NCBI GenBank assembly: GCA_049601975.1
Contig: JBMYRC010000009.1
Coordinates: 414 to 64,413, forward strand
From: Alphaproteobacteria bacterium
GTDB taxonomy: Bacteria > Pseudomonadota > Alphaproteobacteria > UBA8366
Reading direction: 5' to 3'
Length of the DNA stretch: 64,000 bases
Below the pieces are notes generated by a model. It saw only the letters and a list, made by a program, of their open reading frames with translations. It searched no databases and had not been told where the DNA came from. Below are positions 40,650 through 50,479 of the stretch, piece after piece (position 1 is the first letter of the stretch; every line of letters begins with the position of its first letter). A program made the position numbers and the translations under genes.

Positions 40650-40857
40650 CCATCATTCCTTCAGAATCGCCGTTGGATCACCGCTCCAACATTCAACGGC
40701 AGTTGGTGGCTGGGCCATCCCGGCGCACCTCGTTTATTCGTCTTTCGATCTTTTTCAGATCTCATTTCAAACGAAATATGCCCGGCGGAGCGGGCTGGTT
40801 GCGCCAAAACGCAACAATCTTGCATCGCTGTAGAGCGACGGTATTCGGCATTCACGT
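40650..40857 (-). promoter_or_regulatory. rpsO-pnp intercistronic leader with several hairpins
   Basis: Inverted repeats read directly: GTTGCG-N6-CGCAAC, GCCCG-N6-CGGGC and GCCGTTG-N18-CAACGGC. In other bacteria this position holds the rpsO terminator and the RNase III-processed pnp leader. Confidence 0.4.
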
Positions 40858-41127
40858 TTAGCGCCGAAGTCCCAACCGCTTGATTATCGCGTCATATCTG
40901 GGCGACTCTGTGCGCTTCAGATAATCGAGAAGCCGGCGCCGTTGCCCAACCATAATAAGAAGGCCACGTCGTGAATGGAAGTCCTTCTTGTGAATTTTCA
41001 TGTGCTCGGTGAGATTAAGGATCCGTTCCGTGAGAATCGCTACTTGCACATCGGCCGAGCCCGTATCACCGGTGCTCGTGGCGAACTCTTTGATGAGTTC
41101 CTCTTTGCGTTCTGCCGTAATCGACAT
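40858..41127 (-). CDS. rpsO: 30S ribosomal protein S15
   Basis: [15 protein letters not shown]...[20 protein letters not shown]. Confidence 0.95.
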   Translation of the reverse strand: MSITAERKEELIKEFATSTGDTGSADVQVAILTERILNLTEHMKIHKKDFHSRRGLLIMVGQRRRLLDYLKRTESPRYDAIIKRLGLRR

Positions 41128-41144
41128 CGTCTACTCCATTCAAT

Positions 41145-42074
41145 CTAAACATTTAAAACGCGAACCGGCCGGACTTCACCTGCACTATACTTCGTCAGTG
41201 CCACAGGCTTGCCGGACGTGGTCGCGAGAACCGTTTCTCCACCGTCGAATGCGGAAATGCGTTCGAGATCGAGCTTCCGTAATAGTGAGACCGCCTGTCC
41301 ATTTCGCAGTCGGGCCGCTTCCTGCTCCGTCAGGGCCAACGCCGGGATGTCGTCCAGCGGGGTCTCAATGGGCAGCAACGCTCCGGATGCCGCTAGACTG
41401 TGCCCAATCGCCTCCAATTCGTCCAGTGAAATCGCATCCTCTTCCGCAAATCTGCCAACCGCGGTTCGACGCAATTCTGCGATATGACCGACCGTGCCGA
41501 GGCGAAGTGCTAGGTCTCGTGCCAGACTGCGCATATAGGCACCTTTTCCGCTGATAACGTTAAAGAACGCCTGGTCGGTGTCACGCATTTCCACCAACTC
41601 AAAGCGTTTTATCCAGATACGACGTGCTTCCAATTTCACGGTATCGCCACGCCGCGCCATATCATAGGCGCGTTCGCCATTGACCTTGATGGCAGAAAAG
41701 GCCGGCGGCACTTGTTCGATCTCACCAATAAATTCGATTAAACCCGCAGTGATTTCGGCTTCGCTAGGCCGAGCGTCGCTTCGGTCGGTGATCTCACCTT
41801 CGCAGTCGTCGGTCGTCGTCGCTTCACCCCATTTTAGGGTAAATTGATAGCTTTTCTCGGTATCGACAACATAGGGCAGCGTCTTTGTCGCTTCACCGAG
41901 CGCGATCGGTAACACACCACTTGCCAATGGATCGAGGGTGCCGGCATGACCGGCTTTATTCGCGTCGAAAATTCGACGTACGGCGCCGACCGCAGCAGTG
42001 GACGTCATTCCAAACGCCTTATCCAGAATGACCCAGCCGTCTACCTTTTGTCCCGATTTTCTACGCCTGCCCAT
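41145..42074 (-). CDS. truB: tRNA pseudouridine(55) synthase
   Basis: DGWVILDKAFGMTS, GHAGTLDPLASGVL. Start placed at ATG 42074, overlapping the rbfA 3' end by 14 nt. Confidence 0.9.
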   Translation of the reverse strand: MGRRRKSGQKVDGWVILDKAFGMTSTAAVGAVRRIFDANKAGHAGTLDPLASGVLPIALGEATKTLPYVVDTEKSYQFTLKWGEATTTDDCEGEITDRSDARPSEAEITAGLIEFIGEIEQVPPAFSAIKVNGERAYDMARRGDTVKLEARRIWIKRFELVEMRDTDQAFFNVISGKGAYMRSLARDLALRLGTVGHIAELRRTAVGRFAEEDAISLDELEAIGHSLAASGALLPIETPLDDIPALALTEQEAARLRNGQAVSLLRKLDLERISAFDGGETVLATTSGKPVALTKYSAGEVRPVRVLNV

Positions 42075-42480
42075 TATCGGAGTCGTCGTCCACATAATTC
42101 CGGGGCGGTAGATCGCGCGCTACTTCGGGCAGCCGCAGCAACCCGTCGATCTTCGAGGCATAATCGAACCGGTCATCGAACAAAAAAGATAGTCGAGGCG
42201 TGAATTGGAGCCGAATGCGCCGCCCAACTTCCTTTTGTAGAAACGATGCGGCACGGCCCAAGGCTTTCAGGATTACCGGATCCTTATCACCACCAAGCGG
42301 AGTCAGAAATACCGTTGCCCGTTTTAGATCCGGGCTCGCCTGCACTTCTGTTAAAGTCAACACGCGACCGCTCAATTCAGGATCGCGCAAGGTTCCCCGC
42401 CCCAGAATGTCCGCCAAGGCGTGCCGCAACTCCTCACCAACCCGTAGTTGGCGAACACTCGGTTCTTTGTGTTTACTCAT
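42061..42480 (-). CDS. rbfA: 30S ribosome-binding factor RbfA
   Basis: RQLRVGEELRHALADIL...VTLTEVQASPDLKRATVF. Confidence 0.9.
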   Translation of the reverse strand: MSKHKEPSVRQLRVGEELRHALADILGRGTLRDPELSGRVLTLTEVQASPDLKRATVFLTPLGGDKDPVILKALGRAASFLQKEVGRRIRLQFTPRLSFLFDDRFDYASKIDGLLRLPEVARDLPPRNYVDDDSDNGQA

Positions 42481-42512
42481 TTCCGTTTTCGCGCACCGCT
42501 ACTGCGCCGCCA

Positions 42513-45041
42513 TTACAAGGTTCGGGCGACTTCTTCGGATTCGAAACATTCGATGACATCGCCATTCTTGATGTCGTCGTAATTCTCGAACGCCATGCCG
42601 CATTCGTAGCCCTGCTGTACCTCGCGGACATCGTCCTTGAAGCGGCGCAGAGATTTCAAACTGCCCTCAAAAATAACCACGTCATCGCGCAACAATCGTA
42701 CTTTATTGCCACGCTTGAACATGCCTTCGGTGACCATGCAACCGGCGGCCTTACCCGCACGCGTGACACTGAATACATCGCGTACTTCCGCATAACCAAT
42801 TTGACGTTCGCGAATTTCTGGTGCCAGCAAGCCTTCCATCAACTGCTTCATATCGTCGAGCACGTTGTAGATAATCGAATAATACCGGATATCGACGTGC
42901 TCTTGCTGCGCTTGGAGGCGAGCTTGAGGATTGGCGCGCACATTGAAGCCGATGACGAGACCAGCGACCGATTTCGCAAGAATGATATCGGATTCGGTGA
43001 TGCCACCGACAGCGCTGTGCATGACCCGGACTTTCACTTCGTCCGTAGACATATTTTCTAGAGAGCCGATAATCGCTTCGATAGAGCCCTGGACGTCGCC
43101 GCGAATGATGATCGGCAATTCCAGGGCTTCTCCCGCCTGGATTTGATCGAACATCTGCTCGAGTGTTCCACGAGCACCGACCGCAAGTGATTTCTGGCGT
43201 TCGGCCCGTTGCCGGTATTCCGTGATTTCACGCGCCCGGGCTTCGTCTTCGACCGCAACGAACTCATCACCAGCCGCTGGTGCACCTTGAAGGCCCAAGA
43301 CCTCGACCGGCTCTGAAGGTCCCGCCACCTTAATTGGCTTTCCTCGATCGTCGATCAGAGCCCTCGCACGGCCCCACTCGTTTCCGGCGATGAAGACATC
43401 GCCTTGTTTCAGGGTACCTCGCTGGATCAAGACGGTCGCGACAACACCGCGACCCTTCTCCAACTTCGCTTCGATGACCGCACCTTGCGCTAAGCGATTG
43501 GCATTGCTCTTTAGTTCGAGAATTTCCGCCTGCAGCAGAATAGCTTCCTCGAGCTTATCTAGGTTTGTCCGCTTAATGGCGGAGACTTCAACATCCTGAA
43601 CATCGCCGCCCATGCTCTCAACAACGATTTCTTGACTCAGTAAATCATTGCGCACCTTATCCGCACTCGCATCGGGACGATCGATCTTATTGATCGCGAT
43701 AATGATCGGCACTCCAGCCGCTTTGGCGTGGTTGAGCGCTTCAATCGTTTGTGGCTGCACGCCATCATCGGCCGCGACGACCAAAACAACGATATCCGTG
43801 ACCTGAGAACCGCGCGCGCGCATGGCAGTGAAGGCGGCATGACCGGGCGTGTCGATAAAGGTGATCTTCTGTCCAGCCGACAATACTACCTGGTAGGCAC
43901 CGATATGCTGTGTGATGCCACCGGCTTCGCCAGCCGCCACATCGCTCGACCGTAATGCGTCTAGCAAGGAAGTCTTGCCGTGATCGACATGCCCCATGAC
44001 CGCAACCACAGGTGCACGCGATGTGAGATCTTCTTCGCGGTCTTCCTCACCGTCCATACCGATTTCAACATCTGCCTCGGAGACCAGTTTCGCCTTATGG
44101 CCGAAATCGGCGACGATTAATTCAGCCGTTTCGGCTTCAAGCACATGGTTTACGTTCGCCATTATATCCAGGCGCATCAATGCTTTGACGACATCAATCC
44201 CTCGCACGGCCATTCGGTTGGCAAGGTCGGCGACGGAAATCGTTTCCGGAATTACTACTTCGCGCACAACTTTCCGCACCCCGCCACTCGCGCGCTCTTC
44301 TTTTACACGCTGGCGCTCACGTTCGCGCGCCCGTTTCACTGCAGCCAGGCTCCGTACACGATCTTCCTCGGATCCGTCCGCCGCATCCAAAGCCTGTGTA
44401 ATGGTCAGCTTGCGATCCCGCCTTTTTGGCTCATTTCGGGATCTTGGCGTCGGCCGGTCCGCATCAGGCTTGCTTGGGCGTCGAGCTGCCGGACTTGCCG
44501 GTTTAACTTCGGTCCGTGCCGTTTCCGCGCGTTTTGGCCGCGCCGACATTTCGACCGGTGGTGGCACGATATTTATCTCGACCGGTGTCGGTTCGGAGGC
44601 TGCCTCCTGACTGGCTTCCTCTTCGGCCTTTTTGCGAGCTTCCTCCTCAGCCAAACGCTTTGCTTCTTCAGCCGCTGCTTCTTGCTGTTTCTGGTCTTCG
44701 GCTTCGGCTATTTGGCGCTGCTCTTCGTCTTGGACCGCGCCACGCAGTGCACGCATCCGCGCCGCACGCTCCTCTTCGGTAAGATTGCCAAGATCCGAAG
44801 AGCTCAATTGTTGCTTTTCAGTGGGCGCCGCCACAGGCGCCGGCATATCTGTGACAGCACGCATGTTGCCGCCAGCACTGCGTTCGAAGGTACGTTTCTT
44901 CTTCACCTCGACGGTCACAGCCTTTGTGCGTCCGTGGCTGAAGCTTTGTCGGACTTGTCCTGTCTCGACTGTCTTCTTCAACTCCAGTCGTCCCGGCCGG
45001 CGAAGCGTCAGTTTACCGTCTTGTTCGTTATTCTGCGTCAT
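42513..45041 (-). CDS. infB: translation initiation factor IF-2
   Basis: 842 aa. Charged N-terminal region, then G domain [21 protein letters not shown]. Confidence 0.95.
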   Translation of the reverse strand: MTQNNEQDGKLTLRRPGRLELKKTVETGQVRQSFSHGRTKAVTVEVKKKRTFERSAGGNMRAVTDMPAPVAAPTEKQQLSSSDLGNLTEEERAARMRALRGAVQDEEQRQIAEAEDQKQQEAAAEEAKRLAEEEARKKAEEEASQEAASEPTPVEINIVPPPVEMSARPKRAETARTEVKPASPAARRPSKPDADRPTPRSRNEPKRRDRKLTITQALDAADGSEEDRVRSLAAVKRARERERQRVKEERASGGVRKVVREVVIPETISVADLANRMAVRGIDVVKALMRLDIMANVNHVLEAETAELIVADFGHKAKLVSEADVEIGMDGEEDREEDLTSRAPVVAVMGHVDHGKTSLLDALRSSDVAAGEAGGITQHIGAYQVVLSAGQKITFIDTPGHAAFTAMRARGSQVTDIVVLVVAADDGVQPQTIEALNHAKAAGVPIIIAINKIDRPDASADKVRNDLLSQEIVVESMGGDVQDVEVSAIKRTNLDKLEEAILLQAEILELKSNANRLAQGAVIEAKLEKGRGVVATVLIQRGTLKQGDVFIAGNEWGRARALIDDRGKPIKVAGPSEPVEVLGLQGAPAAGDEFVAVEDEARAREITEYRQRAERQKSLAVGARGTLEQMFDQIQAGEALELPIIIRGDVQGSIEAIIGSLENMSTDEVKVRVMHSAVGGITESDIILAKSVAGLVIGFNVRANPQARLQAQQEHVDIRYYSIIYNVLDDMKQLMEGLLAPEIRERQIGYAEVRDVFSVTRAGKAAGCMVTEGMFKRGNKVRLLRDDVVIFEGSLKSLRRFKDDVREVQQGYECGMAFENYDDIKNGDVIECFESEEVARTL

Positions 45042-45664
45042 TCGTTACCCCATTCACCGCCAGCGGTCCGAAAACCGTTTAATCGCCGCGCCTCGGTGCG
45101 CAGCTTATCCGCAAGACCGCCATGTGCCAGCACAACATGTACTGCCCGATCTCGCCCAAACGCTCGGCCGAGTTCTTCTGCCCGGAGAACTCTTACCACC
45201 GGACTGCCTTTCGACAACGCTTTAAATTTATCACGCGCGTTCTGCGCGCAGTCCTCGGCCTGCACCAAAACGTCACCGGTACCGTCCGTTATCCATGCCT
45301 TGGTCTTTTCAAATCCGGCCACCGCCTCTCCCGCGCGGCGCGCCAATGCAATCAGATCGATACATCGTTTTGCCAACAATAACTCGACTTGATCGGATAA
45401 ATCGGATGTTACCGCAACTTGCCGGCGCGCTGCGCGGGCAAACCGGTTGTTTTTTAACGCCGCATCGACTTGCGGGCGGCTGGCGCCGACCCAAAATCCG
45501 CGCCCAGGCAGTTTGGAGAGAATATCGGGGACGACGTTATTCTCGGGCCCGACGACAAATCGGATACCCTCGTCGCGCGACAGATCGCCGCCCTTGACGA
45601 TGCAGCGCCGACTACCGCCGGCCCGCGTACCCGATTCCTCAACATTTGTCGCCAAATCCAACAT
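45038..45664 (-). CDS. YlxR-family (DUF448) RNA-binding protein with L7Ae-like C-terminal domain
   Basis: RRCIVKG...RFVVGP...PGRGFWV, in the conserved position between nusA and infB. Its stop overlaps the infB ATG. Confidence 0.8.
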   Translation of the reverse strand: MLDLATNVEESGTRAGGSRRCIVKGGDLSRDEGIRFVVGPENNVVPDILSKLPGRGFWVGASRPQVDAALKNNRFARAARRQVAVTSDLSDQVELLLAKRCIDLIALARRAGEAVAGFEKTKAWITDGTGDVLVQAEDCAQNARDKFKALSKGSPVVRVLRAEELGRAFGRDRAVHVVLAHGGLADKLRTEARRLNGFRTAGGEWGNE

Positions 45665-45682
45665 CTTTTTCGTCTATCGCCC

Positions 45683-47278
45683 TCATACCGGAGCAGCTTC
45701 GGACTCGATGTCCGAATAATCTTCCGATTCAATTTCTTGAGCCGCGGCCAATTCTTCCGCGGTAAACCAACCCGCCGCAATACGCGCCGACATGATAAGG
45801 TCATTGGCCAAATTAAGATCAAGGCCAAATTCGCGCAAATAACCTTCTTCCGAATCAGTCAACTCATCGCCGGCCAAATCCGCAAATTCTTCAAGCGTTT
45901 TGATCTCGCGCTTGCCTAGCGCCACCAACATCGCATCATTCAGACCTTCGATGGCCGCCAATTCATCCTCGACACCCAGCTCCCGGCGTTGCTCCGCGAG
46001 GCGGGCCGTCTCCGCTTCAAGAAATTCGCGCGCCCGGCTCTGTAGCTCCTGGGCAATTTCCTCTTCGAATCCTTCGATTGAGGCCATGTCCTCAAGCGGC
46101 ACAAAGGCCACTTCCTCAACACTTGAAAACCCTTCGGTGACCAATAGATGCGCCAGCACATCGTCGACATCCAATGCGGTCACGAAACGTTCGCTCAGAT
46201 CACGCCGTTCTTGCTGGCGACGGTCGCTTTCTTCTTCCTCGGTTAGGATATCGATTTCCCAACCAGTCAACATCGATGCGAGCCGCACATTTTGTCCGCG
46301 CCGACCGATGGCCAGGCTGAGTTGTTCGTCCGGCACCACGACCTCGATCTTGCCGGCGTCTTCGTCGAGCACGACCTTCGCAACTTCCGCCGGCGCCAAA
46401 GCGTTGACGACAAATGTCGCCGTGTCCAACGACCACGGGATAATATCGATCTTCTCGCCCTGCAATTCAGCAACAACCGCTTGCACGCGACTACCGCGCA
46501 TACCAACGCAGGCGCCAACGGGATCAATACTGGAGTCATGCGATAGGACCGCGATCTTCGCACGACTACCCGGATCGCGCGCCACCGCCTTGATGTCGAT
46601 TATGCCGTCATAAATCTCCGGCACTTCTTGGCCAAACAGCTTGGTCATGAAATTCGGATGCGCACGAGACAAGAAAATCTGCGGACCACGCATTTCGCGG
46701 CGTACGTCGTAGATATAGGCGCGCACGCGGTCGCCACGGCGAAAACTCTCGCGCGGCAATAATTCCTCACGGCGCAGCACCGCTTCCGCTCGGCCCAGAT
46801 CGACGGTCACGTTGCCGAATTCAATCCGCTTGACCAATCCGTTCACGACTTCGCCCGCGCGATCCTTGTACTCCTCAAACTGGCGTTCACGTTCGGCTTC
46901 CCGCACTTTATGCACGATGACCTGTTTCGCGGTCTGCGCGGCAATGCGGCCAAAGTCGATAGGGGGCAAAGGATCAATAATGAACTCACCCAAAACTGCG
47001 TCGTTTTTGCGGTGATGCGCTTCTGGCAAGGTAACCTGGGTAACCTCGTTTTCGATTTCCTCAACGACCTCGATATATCGCGCCAAGCTAATCTCGCCGG
47101 ATTTCCGGTCGATGACCGCACGAATATCATGCTCTTGGCCATATTTCGATCGTCCGGCCTTTTGGATTGCCTGTTCCATCGCATCCAGCACGTGCTCGCG
47201 ATCAATCGACTTTTCGCGCGCAACCGCATCCGCAACTTGTAGGAGTTCAGTCTTCTGAACGACGGCCGTATCCACCAT
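45683..47278 (-). CDS. nusA: transcription termination/antitermination factor NusA
   Basis: S1 and KH domains (GEVVNGLVKRIE, IDPVGACVGMRGSRVQ) and an acidic C-terminal repeat region. Start placed at ATG 47278 with an AAGGA RBS. Confidence 0.93.
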   Translation of the reverse strand: MVDTAVVQKTELLQVADAVAREKSIDREHVLDAMEQAIQKAGRSKYGQEHDIRAVIDRKSGEISLARYIEVVEEIENEVTQVTLPEAHHRKNDAVLGEFIIDPLPPIDFGRIAAQTAKQVIVHKVREAERERQFEEYKDRAGEVVNGLVKRIEFGNVTVDLGRAEAVLRREELLPRESFRRGDRVRAYIYDVRREMRGPQIFLSRAHPNFMTKLFGQEVPEIYDGIIDIKAVARDPGSRAKIAVLSHDSSIDPVGACVGMRGSRVQAVVAELQGEKIDIIPWSLDTATFVVNALAPAEVAKVVLDEDAGKIEVVVPDEQLSLAIGRRGQNVRLASMLTGWEIDILTEEEESDRRQQERRDLSERFVTALDVDDVLAHLLVTEGFSSVEEVAFVPLEDMASIEGFEEEIAQELQSRAREFLEAETARLAEQRRELGVEDELAAIEGLNDAMLVALGKREIKTLEEFADLAGDELTDSEEGYLREFGLDLNLANDLIMSARIAAGWFTAEELAAAQEIESEDYSDIESEAAPV

Positions 47279-47282
47279 ATCC

Positions 47283-47777
47283 TTACGCTCGCCCTTGTTT
47301 GGCTGCCTCGACCGATCCGGCCGCCAGCAACTCATCGGTAAGTATCAGCTTAGCATTGTCGATATCATTAAACGGCAGTGCTTTCGCCCCATCTTCGGTC
47401 ACGATCGTCACAACATCGTCGGCATAACCCGCCAAGACGCCGCGAAACCGCCTTTGTCCATCCTGCGCCGCGCGCAATTCGATCTTCGCTTCCAACCCGG
47501 AATACTTTTCGAAATCGCGCTGGCGTACCAGCGGCCGATCCAATCCGGGAGAACTTACTTCCAGCGTGTAGGCACCAGAAATTGGGTCTTCTACATCCAA
47601 CACCGCCGATACGGCCCGGCTGATCGCAGCACAATCTTCAACCGTCATCGCCGTATCGTCGAGCCGTTCCACCATGATCTGCAGCGTCGGGCGCGTAGAC
47701 CCGATCATTTTCACCTGAACCACGTCATAGCCGAGGTCGGTTAAAGTCGGTGCAATTAGCTTCTCAACAGCCAGCAT
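47283..47777 (-). CDS. rimP: ribosome maturation factor RimP
   Basis: 164 aa. YTLEVSSPGLDRPL motif, directly upstream of nusA. Confidence 0.9.
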   Translation of the reverse strand: MLAVEKLIAPTLTDLGYDVVQVKMIGSTRPTLQIMVERLDDTAMTVEDCAAISRAVSAVLDVEDPISGAYTLEVSSPGLDRPLVRQRDFEKYSGLEAKIELRAAQDGQRRFRGVLAGYADDVVTIVTEDGAKALPFNDIDNAKLILTDELLAAGSVEAAKQGRA

Positions 47778-47803
47778 TTACGACGTTCTCATCTCCACCA
47801 ACT

Positions 47804-47829
47804 AAAAAGGGCGGGCCCATGGCCCACCC
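47804..47829 (-). terminator. intrinsic-terminator-like hairpin plus U5 in the trmB-rimP spacer
   Basis: The minus-strand RNA GGGUGGGCC-AUG-GGCCCGCCC forms 9 bp including one G-U pair, followed by UUUUU. It lies 110 nt after the trmB stop and 27 nt before the rimP ATG. Confidence 0.6.
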
Positions 47830-47884
47830 ACTATTATCAGTACCGCGACACAATCACCGAACCGTATGGGATACATTTGACCTT

Positions 47885-47913
47885 TATGTAGTCGATTTGG
47901 ATTCGGTATACAA
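47885..47913 (-). promoter_or_regulatory. candidate promoter for rimP-nusA-infB (TTGTAT-N17-TACATA on the minus strand)
   Basis: Read directly from the reverse complement. It is located between the trmB stop and the hairpin. Weak motif match only. Confidence 0.25.
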
Positions 47914-47938
47914 GGAAATTCTAGTAATTCGAGCCGTA

Positions 47939-48634
47939 TTAGAGCCGTTTGCGGCGCCGAAAACGAAGATACACACACTGCCGGCCCGCTACTAATGCCT
48001 TGCCTTCATAGCGGGTCGACGGCCAATCGGACGGACGTTCCCGCCAATCGCGCGCAGAGACCGCTGTCCATTCGAAATCGCCATGTGCCCGGACGTGATG
48101 AAGCGTCCATCGGATATAACCCATTTCATCGCTGGCGACGCGCAGTTCACCGTCGTCCCGCAAGAGCCGTGCTAGCGTTGTCAGGTTTTCCGGATTGATA
48201 AACCGCCGGTTCGCATGCCGGTTCTTCGGCCATGGATCGGGAAATAAAACGAAGGCCCTGGCGATTGATGCATCGACGAAGCGGTCGAGTAATGGCCGGG
48301 CATCGTCGGCATGAAGACGAATGTTTTGGAGCCCGCGATCTTCAACATCGGTCAGCAGCCGTGCGATCCCGTTAATAAACGGTTCGCAGCCGATGAAACC
48401 CACATCGGGATTTGCAGCTGCTTGTGCGGCCATGTGCTCGCCGCCGCCAAATCCGATTTCCAGCCAGCATTCTCGTGCGACCGTAAATAGCGTAGACGGA
48501 TCAATCAAATCGTCGCCGGGCGGAATTTCCAATTCCGGCAGCAATTCTTGCAGCAGGCGCCCTCGCCCCGCCCGCAAGCGCCGACCATGACGTCTGCCAT
48601 AAAACCGGCGCGGTGTGCGATTATCCGCCACCAT
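47939..48634 (-). CDS. trmB: tRNA (guanine46-N7)-methyltransferase
   Basis: EIGFGGGEH, FPDPWPK motifs. Confidence 0.9.
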   Translation of the reverse strand: MVADNRTPRRFYGRRHGRRLRAGRGRLLQELLPELEIPPGDDLIDPSTLFTVARECWLEIGFGGGEHMAAQAAANPDVGFIGCEPFINGIARLLTDVEDRGLQNIRLHADDARPLLDRFVDASIARAFVLFPDPWPKNRHANRRFINPENLTTLARLLRDDGELRVASDEMGYIRWTLHHVRAHGDFEWTAVSARDWRERPSDWPSTRYEGKALVAGRQCVYLRFRRRKRL

Positions 48635-48655
48635 TCATATGCCCTTCGGCAAGCG

Positions 48656-49825
48656 TCAGGTGAGCGCAGACTTTAACGCGTCGACGAGGTCCGTGCGCTC
48701 CCAGGAAAATCCGCCGTCGGCTTCCGGCTCGCGGCCAAAATGCCCATAAGCCGCGGTCCTGGCATAGATTGGACGGCTCAATTGTAGATGCTCGCGAATA
48801 CCACGCGGACTGAGATCCATTGCTTCCTGAACAGCCTCTGCCAGTTTGCCGTCATCGAAGCGACCCGTACCGGCCGTGTTAACATAGACGGAAAGCGGTT
48901 TAGATACACCGATCGCGTAGGCGATTTGAATCGTGCAACGATCCGCCAAATCAGCCGCGACGACGTTTTTCGCCACATAGCGCGCCGCATAGGCCGCTGA
49001 GCGATCGACTTTCGTCGGATCCTTGCCCGAAAAGGCACCGCCTCCGTGCGGCGCGGCGCCACCATATGTATCGACAATGATTTTGCGGCCGGTCAGGCCG
49101 GCATCGCCGTCGGGTCCACCGATCACGAATCGTCCGGTCGGGTTCACATAGAACTCATCCTCGGGACACATCCAGCCGTCGGGCAGAACTTTCAGTACGT
49201 GCGGGCGAACTAATTCCCGGACTTCTTTTTGCTCCATCCCCTCAACATGCTGGGTCGATACGACAACCGAGGTGACCCCCACGGGTTGGCCGTTTTCGTA
49301 CTGAACGGTCAATTGGCTTTTCGAATCCGGCCCAATTCCCGGCAAGTCGCCAGCATGGCGGGCATCGGCCATGCTTTTCAGAATTTGGTGGCTGTATTGG
49401 ATCGGCGCCGGCATCAACACTGGCGTCTCGCGGCAGGCGTAACCGAACATCAGTCCTTGGTCACCCGCACCTTCATCCTTGTTGCCAGCCGCATCGACGC
49501 CCTGCGCGATATCGGCGGATTGCGAATGAACGTAGCATTGCACATCCATGGTCTCCCAATGGAAACCATCTTGTTCATAGCCGATCTCCCGGACGCTCTT
49601 GCGCGCGAGCTCCTCGAGCATCTCGTGCGTAATACTGTCCGGCCCGCGCACTTCGCCCGCCATGACGACACGATTGGTCGTGGTCAGGGTTTCGCAGCCG
49701 ACGCGCGCATTTTCGCCGCTCGTCATATAGACGTCGACGACCTCATCGGAAATGCGGTCGGAAATTTTATCGGGATGTCCTTCGGACACGGATTCGCTGG
49801 TAAAAAGATAGTCGCCGTTACTCAC
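48656..49825 (-). CDS. metK: S-adenosylmethionine synthase
   Basis: [31 protein letters not shown] start with a GAAGGGG RBS. Confidence 0.95.
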   Translation of the reverse strand: MSNGDYLFTSESVSEGHPDKISDRISDEVVDVYMTSGENARVGCETLTTTNRVVMAGEVRGPDSITHEMLEELARKSVREIGYEQDGFHWETMDVQCYVHSQSADIAQGVDAAGNKDEGAGDQGLMFGYACRETPVLMPAPIQYSHQILKSMADARHAGDLPGIGPDSKSQLTVQYENGQPVGVTSVVVSTQHVEGMEQKEVRELVRPHVLKVLPDGWMCPEDEFYVNPTGRFVIGGPDGDAGLTGRKIIVDTYGGAAPHGGGAFSGKDPTKVDRSAAYAARYVAKNVVAADLADRCTIQIAYAIGVSKPLSVYVNTAGTGRFDDGKLAEAVQEAMDLSPRGIREHLQLSRPIYARTAAYGHFGREPEADGGFSWERTDLVDALKSALT

Positions 49826-49871
49826 GCCTCACCCCTTCATTTCGATGATTGTCCGAGCGGCACTTTTGTCA

Positions 49872-50393
49872 TCACGCCGCAGAGGGTTGGTCCGCCATAT
49901 GGTGGGTCGGCGCCCTTGTCGCAATCTTTCGCATGATCGTCAAGGGAACGAGATTAAAACATTCCCGACGTCTCGCAAACGGCCTCAATCCGATAGCGAG
50001 CGCGCTAATTCGAATAGCCGGATCGGCGATTTTATAATAGGCCCGCACGAGTTCCAATGTCTCGCGTTTCGTCAACAATTCAGGCGAGCCAACGGCGGCG
50101 TCATCGGAAACAACTGCTTCGACAGCCCCATCTTCCATATCGTCAAAGAAATAGGTGATGGGCGCATTCAGAACGCGGGAAATGTCAAACAGTCGGCTGG
50201 CCCCGATGCGATTGGCCCCCCGCTCATATTTTTGCACCTGTTGGAAGGTGAGCCCAAGAGCTTCGCCAAGTTTTTCCTGACTGAGCCCCAATAGGGTTCG
50301 ACGCAACCTAACGCGGGTGCCGACATGGATATCAATAGGGTTTGGGTTACCCGGGCTCTTCGCGACCGGGTTTAGTGTTTGTTGTGTTGGCAT
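49872..50393 (-). CDS. XRE-family helix-turn-helix transcriptional regulator (C-terminus possibly frameshifted)
   Basis: IDIHVGTRVRLRRTLLGLSQEKLGEALGLTFQQVQKYERGANRIGASRL HTH. After ..YYKIADPAIR an alternative frame reads LFELARSLSD* (stop at 49985-49987). That looks like the usual short C-terminus of this family. Confidence 0.75.
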   Translation of the reverse strand: MPTQQTLNPVAKSPGNPNPIDIHVGTRVRLRRTLLGLSQEKLGEALGLTFQQVQKYERGANRIGASRLFDISRVLNAPITYFFDDMEDGAVEAVVSDDAAVGSPELLTKRETLELVRAYYKIADPAIRISALAIGLRPFARRRECFNLVPLTIMRKIATRAPTHHMADQPSAA

Positions 50394-50479
50394 TTGCGAC
50401 CTCGATCCAAGCTTGATTGTGTAAGTCGACTGCCCCCATGCAACTCTTACATGGTGTGTCTATTTGTCAATTCACGTTT

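Noticed and set aside
49826-49990. SAM-responsive riboswitch (SAM-II or SAM/SAH type) upstream of metK
   Set aside because: I could not recognise the conserved cores of those motifs in the 5' region by eye, and the region is overlapped by the upstream ORF as annotated. It needs an Rfam/Infernal scan.
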